64,000 nt of DNA, taken from the IMG/VR virus record IMGVR_UViG_3300022843_000001, positions 64,001-128,000 of that record, one strand, 5' to 3'. The notes beneath the pieces are model-generated. The model was not told where the DNA came from. It saw nothing but the letters and a program-made list of their open reading frames with translations, and ran no database searches. This stretch comes from a virus. A program made the position numbers and the translations under genes. Below, in pieces: positions 8,900-16,813 of the stretch (its first letter is position 1; the number at the start of each line of letters is the position of its first letter).

Positions 8900-9654
8900 A
8901 TTTTCTTATTCCTATGATTATTGCCGTCAAGCAAGGTTAAATCTGTTATTTTAAATGTTTCTATTAGCAACGTTTGTATATTTTCGTTCCATACCGGTTC
9001 TCTATATTTTCCTTTCAAACTCTTAGGTAGCGGTTGACCATAGACTTCGACAAAGTATCTTTTAGTCATGGCCATACTCCATCTTCCATATTTTTTAAAT
9101 ATTATTTTACAGGCCTCGAGTATATCTTCATTTGATATACCAGTAAATCTTGGGTTTTTTTCACCAGTGACAGAAGCACCAGTTTTTAATTTCCATTCAT
9201 CCGATCTTTTCATTCCTACATGAAAAAACACCCATTTACCAGATAGTACATGTGGATGATCTTTTTTAACTCGACCAATTCGAACTCCAGTAATAGAATC
9301 TTTTACAATTAAAGTTCCGGTGTGTCGTTTCGAAACTTCTGCTGCAATGATCTTGCGAGCTGCAGAATACGCTCTAGATGATAATCTTTTTCCCTTTGAC
9401 ACAACTCTACCCATATTGATCAAAGCCTGGTTTGCTTTATATCTGCCCTGCCCTGTTGCTAATTTAGCGAGCAATACATGAGCAATCCAATGTTCTTTTT
9501 GTGTCAGAAGTATCATATTAAAACTTTCATCTGTACCGCCAAATGATCTTGGTAGTATGTGATGATTTTCGTATTTAAAATCGCGATCTTTTTTAGATCG
9601 ACCTAGGTTTCGTCTGCTTTCTATTAAATTATTGTACAAGTTCAGATAGTTCAT
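8896..9654 (-). mobile_element. Free-standing HNH homing endonuclease inside fractured nrdA
   Basis: YENHHILPRSFGG...NMILLT.KEHWIAH; stop overlaps the IntC start (ATGA). Confidence 0.88.
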
Positions 9655-9658
9655 TTTT

Positions 9659-9693
9659 AATCCTGTTTAGTACTATTTATACTAAACAGGATT
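9659..9693 (-). promoter_or_regulatory. Stem-loop carrying a late promoter and sequestering the endonuclease RBS
   Basis: 14-bp perfect arms AATCCTGTTTAGTA/TACTAAACAGGATT; TATAAATA at 9674-9681 across the loop; AGGA in the 3' arm. Confidence 0.85.
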
Positions 9694-9723
9694 TCCAAAC
9701 ATAAAGATGTTAATGAATAGAGA

Positions 9724-10863
9724 TTACCCTATTACAAGTTCGTCATCTTCAAGCAATTCTTTCGCCATAACATATCCACGATTTTTTGTAAATATTTTAT
9801 GATCTGGAGTACATTTAATAGATTTTCCAGTTTCATCATCCGTGATTTTCATAATAGTAGCGTTAGGGTTTGTTTCCGCACCATCAGTAATTGTTTCCCA
9901 ATTGCCCAATTTATTCTCAACATCATACGACCAGATTTTCCAATCATCGAGATTATTGTTATAATGATTTTCAATGAAATGTTGCAAGGTACAAGATTTA
10001 ACACCAGAAACATCTCCTTTAACTGTTATAATAGTATCTCCAGTCATACATAAATTTGATGCATATACTTGCAGACCGCGATCCTTGTACATTGCTGGGC
10101 TTTGTCTGTTTACTTTATCAACAAAGAAGAAATATCCCTTACCTGTCAACATTTTAATCTTCAATGCTTTCTGATATCGGGCAACTGCATCTTCCTCACC
10201 TTTGTCTAAACGTTCGATAAAATCGTCACTTATATTCCAACCAACATTCACATCGTCAGGCATTGTTTCTACGTGCTGACACATCTCCCAAAAATCACCG
10301 CTTTCGATAGGAATATATCCTGCCCATGAACCCCGTCTAGTACTTCCTTGAGAAACGTCTCGAGACATCTGCACAAAGTCCTTGAATACAGGTACAACAC
10401 CACTTGCGGCGCCACCACCTTTGATATGCGTACCTCGTTCACGAATAGCGCCAAGATACGAACTTGTACCAAAACCGTTCTTTGAAAGGAGAGCACCTTC
10501 TTTCTGGGCTTCATAGAAATTATACACCGAATCACCAACGTAACTTCCAGAACACGATACAGGCATACCACGAGTCGTTCCCATATTTGCCATTACTGGT
10601 GTACTTGGAGCAAGAAAACCATTCCACATCAAATCGAAGAATTTAGTATTCCATTCTTCGCTCGATTCGCCCATGTGCTTCGAGGCGGTTTTTGCGATAC
10701 GTTCAAACGTCGACCGAACATCCGGTTCAGATTCCGTTTGATATTTTTCCTTAAACATTTGCCACCCAGGAGTGGTGTAGTAATCGGGAATTCTGCCAGA
10801 CGCCTGTAACTTCTTACGTTCCCTGCCCAGCTCTTTATAAATTGATACGTGTTCTTCTACCAT
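9724..10863 (-). CDS. nrdA: Ribonucleotide reductase alpha, N-terminal half, ending in a 108-aa IntN
   Basis: PSTPV, GMPVSC, SQGSTRRG, ASNL followed by CMTGDT. Start refined to MVEEH (TAATG overlap with nrdB); no ATP-cone visible. Confidence 0.92.
   Translation of the reverse strand: MVEEHVSIYKELGRERKKLQASGRIPDYYTTPGWQMFKEKYQTESEPDVRSTFERIAKTASKHMGESSEEWNTKFFDLMWNGFLAPSTPVMANMGTTRGMPVSCSGSYVGDSVYNFYEAQKEGALLSKNGFGTSSYLGAIRERGTHIKGGGAASGVVPVFKDFVQMSRDVSQGSTRRGSWAGYIPIESGDFWEMCQHVETMPDDVNVGWNISDDFIERLDKGEEDAVARYQKALKIKMLTGKGYFFFVDKVNRQSPAMYKDRGLQVYASNLCMTGDTIITVKGDVSGVKSCTLQHFIENHYNNNLDDWKIWSYDVENKLGNWETITDGAETNPNATIMKITDDETGKSIKCTPDHKIFTKNRGYVMAKELLEDDELVIG
9727..10050 (-). mobile_element. 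Split intein, N-fragment (IntN)
   Basis: Cys1 block A (CMTGDTII), block B (CTPDHKIFT), acidic end AKELLEDDELVIG then stop. Confidence 0.92.
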
Positions 10864-11864
10864 TATACTTGTCCCCATATGAAGTTAGTTTCTTTCCAGT
10901 CTCTGTTATATTCTGATCCAGTTGATATAAAGAAGTCATGAAGCTTTGATGAATTGATATTACGATAAAACCATTTCTCTATAGGATTGTATGTAGGTTT
11001 ATATAGCTTTTGATAACCAAGTTGTTCAAGACACAAATCAATTCTTGACTGTACGAACATGTCTAGCTGATGTTCTGTAATGCCACGAATGTTTCCTTTC
11101 TCAAAAATCATCTTGATAATTTCTTTTTCATGCTCGTAAGTTTTTGTAGCTACCTTAATAATATCCTTCTCTAAAGTTTCAAGTTCTTTCTTGGTTAAAT
11201 TGGCTTCTCTCATTAAGGTCTTGAACAACCAAGCATCTGCCATTGCGTGTAGATTTTCATCCTTAACTGAGAAGTTAATACCAGCAATTAGGTTTGTCAG
11301 TTTGTTTTTGCCTTCGGCTTGAAAGTGTTTTAGAAAGGCGAAGTTTGCATATAACACAGCACCTTCAACAAAGGAAAACGCGCCAAGACTTCTTAACAAA
11401 TCCATGTTGTTGTCACTTGGTGACAACAACACATCTCCAATCCACGATATACGATCACTCAATACTTTGTTTTCTTTGTAAGAGTTGTAAAATTCGTTGG
11501 TTGCAAGACCAAGAATTTCGTTTATCTTTGAATAGAAAGGTGCATGAACATTTATTTCCACATAGGCGAACATATTTGCCATTCGCTGAATGTCTGGCCG
11601 AGGAAATGATTTTGCAACACGAGCTGACCAATATTCATTGCCAACATTTAGTTCATATTCTGTGAACAGTTGTAGTACAGTTGTAACGCCGTGTAGTTCT
11701 GCTTCGTCGAGGTTGTTCTTGAGATCATGAAGATCTTTCTCCATCGATATCTCGCGTTCTGTCCATAATATATCTTGTTGTTCTTCCGAAAATGCTATTG
11801 CTTCAGGATAGTCAAACGTATATTCGGATTTTTTGGTTCTTATTCTTGGTAATTCCTCGCTCAT
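10863..11864 (-). CDS. nrdB: Ribonucleotide reductase beta subunit
   Basis: WTEREI, EINVHAPFYS, VEGAVLY..F, KDENLH di-iron motifs. Confidence 0.92.
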   Translation of the reverse strand: MSEELPRIRTKKSEYTFDYPEAIAFSEEQQDILWTEREISMEKDLHDLKNNLDEAELHGVTTVLQLFTEYELNVGNEYWSARVAKSFPRPDIQRMANMFAYVEINVHAPFYSKINEILGLATNEFYNSYKENKVLSDRISWIGDVLLSPSDNNMDLLRSLGAFSFVEGAVLYANFAFLKHFQAEGKNKLTNLIAGINFSVKDENLHAMADAWLFKTLMREANLTKKELETLEKDIIKVATKTYEHEKEIIKMIFEKGNIRGITEHQLDMFVQSRIDLCLEQLGYQKLYKPTYNPIEKWFYRNINSSKLHDFFISTGSEYNRDWKETNFIWGQV

Positions 11865-11905
11865 TCGTTGTATTCCTATAGTTCAATGTTTAATTTCGTA
11901 AGACT

Positions 11906-11934
11906 ATTATACATCATTCAGGTGCACTTGTCAA
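11906..11934 (-). promoter_or_regulatory. Sigma70-type promoter for nrdB/nrdA
   Basis: TTGACA-17-TATAAT. Confidence 0.85.
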
Positions 11935-11957
11935 CCCAAAGCTAGAATTATTTGGTA

Positions 11958-12019
11958 TTGACAAATAGTTGGTTATGTGTTATAATAACTAAGTTGTGCC
12001 GGGGCAGGTTGGTATACAC
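11958..12019 (+). promoter_or_regulatory. Plus-strand sigma70 promoter followed by a conserved G-rich 33-mer (copy A)
   Basis: TTGACA-17-TATAAT with TGn; AACTAAGTTGTGCCGGGGCAGGTTGGTATACAC matches 48506-48538 at 31/33. Confidence 0.8.
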
Positions 12020-12045
12020 AATATACTAATTTATGCTGGCAGAGT

Positions 12046-12053
12046 TATTTATA
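12046..12053 (-). promoter_or_regulatory. T4 late promoter
   Basis: TATAAATA, convergent with the plus-strand promoter at 11958. Confidence 0.6.
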
Positions 12054-12055
12054 AG

Positions 12056-12096
12056 ACTGGATTACCGAGATAGGGGGGAATCAACGGTAATCCAGT
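12056..12096. terminator. Stem-loop, possibly a bidirectional terminator
   Basis: 12-bp perfect arms ACTGGATTACCG/CGGTAATCCAGT just after the holin-like gene. Confidence 0.7.
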
Positions 12097-12102
12097 ATTT
12101 AT

Positions 12103-12627
12103 TTAACGATTCTTTGCTTCTGGCATAGCCATGGCTCTTTCACCAAACCACCACATAGTAGCTGTTGATGCGGCAAACACAGTTGAATATAAAACGTATC
12201 TTACCAATTCCACAACTTCTGTTGCATTAAAAATAACTTGTTTGTCCATTGCAATGGATGCATAATCTGTTAATGTTCCATCTAATATCATTTTCAGTTG
12301 CACGATAACAAGTCCCCATAAAGTTAAAGTCAATATAGGACGGAATAATGTCTTCGCGGCAACAACCCATTTGTAATTTGGTTGACCGTTAAGTGCCACC
12401 TCACTCTGGTGGGTAACATTCATTGCTTCCCATGATGCTAAATTTGAGTCGCTGTTCATCTTAAGTACAAGAAGATCTTTCTGAAATTCTCGTTCAGCGG
12501 CTTGTTCTATTGCCTTTGCGGCCCGTTCTTTGTTTTTTACAAAAGCGCCTAATGCAGAACCAAGTATTCCCACAATACCGCCAGAACCTACCGACAGTGC
12601 TCCTCCTATTAATGTCATCCAATCCAT
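12103..12627 (-). CDS. Holin-like membrane protein (3-TM type)
   Basis: Hydrophobic segments, FRPILTLTLW and terminal MWWFGER; start refined to MDWM (TAATG overlap). Confidence 0.6.
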   Translation of the reverse strand: MDWMTLIGGALSVGSGGIVGILGSALGAFVKNKERAAKAIEQAAEREFQKDLLVLKMNSDSNLASWEAMNVTHQSEVALNGQPNYKWVVAAKTLFRPILTLTLWGLVIVQLKMILDGTLTDYASIAMDKQVIFNATEVVELVRYVLYSTVFAASTATMWWFGERAMAMPEAKNR

Positions 12628-12785
12628 TACACAGACCACCTTTTTATAAATTCTTTAAAAGACTTCATGCGCTTTCGACGCATTATGTTCTTAGGGTTGT
12701 CAGAATACAGTCTCTGCTTCTTGGTAGGAGGCATTGATACATTGCCATCCCCTGCGTTATTAGTCGGAGCGTCTTCGGTTAACAT
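12627..12785 (-). CDS. Small late protein (52 aa, not in the ORF track)
   Basis: MLTEDAPTNNAGDGNVSMPP...MKSFKEFIKRWSV; overlaps both neighbours. Confidence 0.7.
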   Translation of the reverse strand: MLTEDAPTNNAGDGNVSMPPTKKQRLYSDNPKNIMRRKRMKSFKEFIKRWSV

Positions 12786-13363
12786 TTCTTTATATCCTTT
12801 CGTGTTATATAGAGCGCTTGTTTTGACATAAGATGCTTAATTTTATACACATCCATACCAAATATATTACCTACAGAATTACAATTAGATTCTATGATAA
12901 TTTTATTTCCTGTATGGCCTGTAACTATGCCTGTAATTGGAGATACAATGTCTCTATTGAGTTGATAGGTGCCTTCCATTAGACAACCGTCCTTTAAAAC
13001 AAACCATTCAAGATCTTCATTTATAGAAGAACCCTCGAATTGTAATTTTTCAACAATTTGATCGTGTTCGAAGTCGACTTCATGCTCTTTTAGCAAATAT
13101 AGTGCTGCAGCATAAGAAACTAATGCTGAACGGCCGAATGGTACTTTATTCATTATACGCTTAACATTAAACACAAGACGATTAAACACTGAATACGCTG
13201 CCTTTTCTTCTGTTGTATTCAGATCAGCAACTTTCTTTAGTGCTTTGCCTTCAGTGTCCACTATGCCCAACTTGAATGCATCAGTTGTGTTCCATTTTTG
13301 CGTTAGAAGACGCAAAAACTTAAAGGTATAGTATGTATTAATTGCTCCTGATATTAAACCCAT
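12779..13363 (-). CDS. Conserved T4-like hypothetical protein
   Basis: YTFKFLRLLTQKW...AFKLGIVD...FNRLVFNVKR pattern; in the late cluster. Confidence 0.65.
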   Translation of the reverse strand: MGLISGAINTYYTFKFLRLLTQKWNTTDAFKLGIVDTEGKALKKVADLNTTEEKAAYSVFNRLVFNVKRIMNKVPFGRSALVSYAAALYLLKEHEVDFEHDQIVEKLQFEGSSINEDLEWFVLKDGCLMEGTYQLNRDIVSPITGIVTGHTGNKIIIESNCNSVGNIFGMDVYKIKHLMSKQALYITRKDIKKC

Positions 13364-13370
13364 GGTGCCT

Positions 13371-13742
13371 CTATATTGATCTAAGTTTTTTTACGATAGT
13401 GGCATCAATCTTATATGTCACCAGCGCATCCTCTGTCAAATAATTCAAGTATATAAGAAACGTTTTTAATGTGTTCCAATACTCTCGTTTTATTTTAAAG
13501 AATGTAAGTTTATGTCCACCTTCGATACCAAACACATTATAGATTATAATCAAGTGATTAAGTATCAAGCGTTCCTGCAGATCTTCATTGTCGTCTGAAT
13601 ATCTTTTTAATAATCTGTTCAAATATTTAAATCTGTTCAAATCGTCACAAAACTCCTCAACATTGGAACATTGAGGGTTGTTGTATACATGAGACGCATA
13701 CATCACAAAATTGTCGCCATTCACGGTATCAAATATATGCAT
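13371..13742 (-). CDS. Conserved T4-like hypothetical protein
   Basis: YNNPQC...EEF.DDLNRFKY...ERLILNHLIIIYNVFG pattern. Confidence 0.65.
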   Translation of the reverse strand: MHIFDTVNGDNFVMYASHVYNNPQCSNVEEFCDDLNRFKYLNRLLKRYSDDNEDLQERLILNHLIIIYNVFGIEGGHKLTFFKIKREYWNTLKTFLIYLNYLTEDALVTYKIDATIVKKLRSI

Positions 13743-13756
13743 AATATTTTTTGATC

Positions 13757-14101
13757 TTATCTTAAATTAAATGGGGTTTTAACACCACCAATCGCTGATT
13801 TGCCTTTTTTAGACCCTTTGCTTTTCTTAGTTGTAGTAGGTGATTCTTTTTCTACTTCAATACTAACAACATCGTCAACTATCACATCGTCAACTATCAC
13901 ATCGTCAACTATCACATCGTCAACTATCACATCGTCAACTATCACACAGGTTTCTTCATGGCCGCCTATCTTGGCAACACCATTCCATGCTGCACACTGT
14001 TCTTCAGTTAACTTTGCGCCTTTTAACTTCTCGCCACGTTTGGTGTAATAACCACTGACCTTGGCAATAGCGTTTTTGAATTGTCCTCTTTTTCTTTCCA
14101 T
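13757..14101 (-). CDS. Small basic/acidic protein with (VIVDD)5
   Basis: ORF track; contains a tandem repeat. Confidence 0.6.
   Translation of the reverse strand: MERKRGQFKNAIAKVSGYYTKRGEKLKGAKLTEEQCAAWNGVAKIGGHEETCVIVDDVIVDDVIVDDVIVDDVIVDDVVSIEVEKESPTTTKKSKGSKKGKSAIGGVKTPFNLR
13869..13945. repeat. 15-bp tandem repeat, five perfect copies (ACATCGTCAACTATC)
   Basis: Read directly; encodes VIVDD x5 on the minus strand. Confidence 0.95.
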
Positions 14102-14126
14102 TACATTTCTCGTTTTGTTTATATGT

Positions 14127-14573
14127 TTATTTATCAGACTTAGAAAGAAGTCCTAAAAATTTAGATTCTTTCATTTCTGATTTTTCGTCGTCCCCTTTCC
14201 AGTTAGCATCAACGTAGTCGTAAAATTTCTTTTCGTCGTCTCCAGATAATTCACCTTGGCTTTTGACACCAAACTTCTTTAATGCAGCAGCGAAGAATTT
14301 TTTATATGCAGGGCCATCGTTTTTTGTGTCTTTATCTGCCCCTTCATTTTTTGTGTCGTCTTCGTCTTCGTCTTCTTCGTCGTCCTTTTTGGTAGCAGGA
14401 CCATTTGCGGCAGGGTCAGCTGTAACCTTTTCTTTGGGTTTTGGCTCGTCTCCATCAGTGTCAACGGGTGTGTCTTCTTCGTCTTCGACTTCAACTTTAA
14501 CTTCTGTCTTTGCTTTCGATGCTTCAATCATTGCACGATATACATTGACTAGATCTGATAGTTCTTCTTTCAT
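14127..14573 (-). CDS. Acidic low-complexity protein, probably head-associated
   Basis: D/E/K-rich linker plus a YKKFFAAALKKFGV...FYDYVDANW domain. Confidence 0.6.
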   Translation of the reverse strand: MKEELSDLVNVYRAMIEASKAKTEVKVEVEDEEDTPVDTDGDEPKPKEKVTADPAANGPATKKDDEEDEDEDDTKNEGADKDTKNDGPAYKKFFAAALKKFGVKSQGELSGDDEKKFYDYVDANWKGDDEKSEMKESKFLGLLSKSDK

Positions 14574-14578
14574 TGTTA

Positions 14579-14857
14579 TTATCCTAATAATGGTAATGCT
14601 ATGTGAATTGCCGTACCGATGTATATAAAGCCGAGAGCGATGTATATAACGACAAGAGATTTTGTATGTTTTTGATTTGAATTAGACACAATGTTATTTT
14701 CTATGGACTTAATTCTATTATCATGATCATGCACTATATCATTTATAGATGCAATGGTGGTGTTCTGGGATATAATAATATCCAAGGATTTTAATAATAT
14801 TGTCGTATTATTCTCGATTCGATCCAATCGGCCGTCTAAAGACGTTTCTTCTTCCAT
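14579..14857 (-). CDS. Coiled-coil protein with a C-terminal transmembrane helix
   Basis: RLDRIENN heptads; hydrophobic C-terminus. Confidence 0.6.
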   Translation of the reverse strand: MEEETSLDGRLDRIENNTTILLKSLDIIISQNTTIASINDIVHDHDNRIKSIENNIVSNSNQKHTKSLVVIYIALGFIYIGTAIHIALPLLG

Positions 14858-14859
14858 TA

Positions 14860-15075
14860 TTATCCAACCTTTACGATTTCTTTTGCTTGTTTTTCAGCGT
14901 TTCTTTTAGATTCGCCATACTTCACCAACAAAGCTGTCATTGTTTTAATGTCTTTCTTATCAGCAGCATCGTTAAATGCATCGGCATCCTTTCCGCTATA
15001 TATCTTAACTAGTGCGTCTTCTTCCAATGTGCCTTCTGTGTGCAAGTCTTCTTTGAATTGAAAATATGATTTCAT
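14860..15075 (-). CDS. Probable internal head protein
   Basis: N-terminus MKSYFQFKED resembles the T4 capsid-targeting sequence. Confidence 0.55.
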   Translation of the reverse strand: MKSYFQFKEDLHTEGTLEEDALVKIYSGKDADAFNDAADKKDIKTMTALLVKYGESKRNAEKQAKEIVKVG

Positions 15076-15104
15076 GATAGTCCTTAATGTATATTAGTCT
15101 AAAG

Positions 15105-15923
15105 TTATTTGTTTATAATTGCAACGTCTGTTAACCATTTTCGGATTTTCTTGCCATTACTTTCTACGATCACGTAGTTAGAACCGGTCACGATTATCAG
15201 GCCGACTTGATCCGTATTATCAAGAAGCACGTAGTCTCCTTTCTCAAACAAGTTGCCTTCTATGTAGCTTTCTCTTGTTTCAGAAACTGATCTTAATTGA
15301 ATATGCTTTCGGAAAGTATAGGATTCTTTAAGTCCCATGCCTGAACGAACAGCATTGAATAATAATTTACCGTCTTTGAACGCCTTTGGCAGTCCTTTTT
15401 GAAACATTTCAAAATCGTTTGCTTCAGCGGCAGCACGCATCTTAGAGGCGGACATTCCACTTACTTCGTCGCTGTCAGGATCTCTATCACCAGCAGAAAC
15501 AACATTCAGTGTCTCGAAGTTATAAAATCCGTGCCGACCTTTTACGCCATTGTACTTATTTATGATTTTATCGAACTCTGCTACTCTGTCAGAACCAACA
15601 ACCATGGTTGCCTTAATGTATCCTTTATCAAACAAGAACACCATAACATCGAAGACATTTCGTATTTTCTTATCTAAAATGATGTTTCGTGCATGTTTTG
15701 GAAACATCTTCCTCATGAACTTTACTTTGGACACGTAGTCCAAAGGATTCTTCTTGGGATCATTAGAAGAAGACGCAAATACGAAATAATCCGCTTTACT
15801 ATTTACAGTTGACAACTTTTTAATAAGTTTTTCGTGCCCAGTTGTAGGTGGGTTAAACCTGCCAAAAGTAAAGACTGCTTCGTTCGTCTCTTCTGTGATG
15901 TATTGACTAAATGATTTAATCAT
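15105..15923 (-). CDS. HIGH-superfamily nucleotidyltransferase (cytidylyltransferase/NMNAT-like)
   Basis: FTFGRFNPPTTGH, VVGSDR, SAGDRDPD, MSASKMR; N-terminus MIKSFSQYITEE. Confidence 0.85.
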   Translation of the reverse strand: MIKSFSQYITEETNEAVFTFGRFNPPTTGHEKLIKKLSTVNSKADYFVFASSSNDPKKNPLDYVSKVKFMRKMFPKHARNIILDKKIRNVFDVMVFLFDKGYIKATMVVGSDRVAEFDKIINKYNGVKGRHGFYNFETLNVVSAGDRDPDSDEVSGMSASKMRAAAEANDFEMFQKGLPKAFKDGKLLFNAVRSGMGLKESYTFRKHIQLRSVSETRESYIEGNLFEKGDYVLLDNTDQVGLIIVTGSNYVIVESNGKKIRKWLTDVAIINK

Positions 15924-16320
15924 CTGACAAATCTTCCTTTTTTGTACTACGTTTGCCGCGTTCGGCTTGTTTTATTTTCGGCAATAGTTTTTTAGACAAT
16001 CTACTTATAGCAGCGCTCTTCTTGGCAACCTTCTTTTCTAAGGCACCTCGTGCAGCAAAGGAAAGATCACCCTTCGACTTATCTTTTAAAATCTTTTTCT
16101 CTATTTCTTTTCGAGCATGTTTATTAGCTCGACTTTTCAGTTTTTCAGGAGACGCTATACGATTTGCGGCACGTTTCTTACCCGCTTTAATTTTGGACTT
16201 ATTCTTTCTCATTGCGGCCCGCATCTTCATCCGCCCTCGAGCATCTAATGCTTCGTCGAAGTCATCTTCATCTTCGTCGAAGTCATCTTCATTGTTTACA
16301 TATTCCTTGAAGGATAACAT
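15916..16320 (-). CDS. Basic probable internal/prohead core protein
   Basis: MLSFKEYVNNE, then an acidic stretch and a very K/R-rich body. Confidence 0.6.
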   Translation of the reverse strand: MLSFKEYVNNEDDFDEDEDDFDEALDARGRMKMRAAMRKNKSKIKAGKKRAANRIASPEKLKSRANKHARKEIEKKILKDKSKGDLSFAARGALEKKVAKKSAAISRLSKKLLPKIKQAERGKRSTKKEDLSDD

Positions 16321-16406
16321 ATTTGTACCTGTTAGTTATTTGCGCGCTGCAGCGCTTTGTGCCATTGTTGGCATATCCATGTTCTTTCTCCGAGCACGCC
16401 AGCCTT

Positions 16407-16802
16407 TTATTTATTTGATTCTTCTACAGTGCCTATTTTATCTTGCACCCAAGCAGAGGTGCCGAATTCAGCACCTCTCTTTTTTGCCAACGCGATTGCC
16501 GCTACTTTAGTCATGTTAGGTTGTATAACTTTATTGTCTTTGTATACAGTGTATTTGTCACCCACTTTGCGAGCTTCGTCAAGATCAAAAGCAGCATCAA
16601 CCGCTTTATTACCATGTCTATCACGAAGAATTTGTGAAATTGCACCTCCCTTATCAAAGCCTTGTACGTTTATAACTTTATTAGTAGATTGTATAATACC
16701 CCGAAGCTCCTTGACAGATTTCTTTTTCAGATCGGCATATTCTTTTTTTACTTTCTCAATACGCCCTTTGTTTTCAAGAATAAATTCTTTATATGTTTTC
16801 AT
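16407..16802 (-). CDS. Probable internal head protein
   Basis: Start refined to MKTYKEFILE, nearly identical to T4 MKTYQEFIAE. Confidence 0.65.
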   Translation of the reverse strand: MKTYKEFILENKGRIEKVKKEYADLKKKSVKELRGIIQSTNKVINVQGFDKGGAISQILRDRHGNKAVDAAFDLDEARKVGDKYTVYKDNKVIQPNMTKVAAIALAKKRGAEFGTSAWVQDKIGTVEESNK

Positions 16803-16813
16803 TTCTGTACCTA

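Noticed and set aside
8899-9724. Group I intron in nrdA
   Set aside because: Only about 70 nt of non-coding sequence with no room for a P3-P9 core; complete split-intein motifs explain the break.
13869-13945. Possible CRISPR array
   Set aside because: The units are contiguous 15-mers without spacers and encode a peptide repeat.
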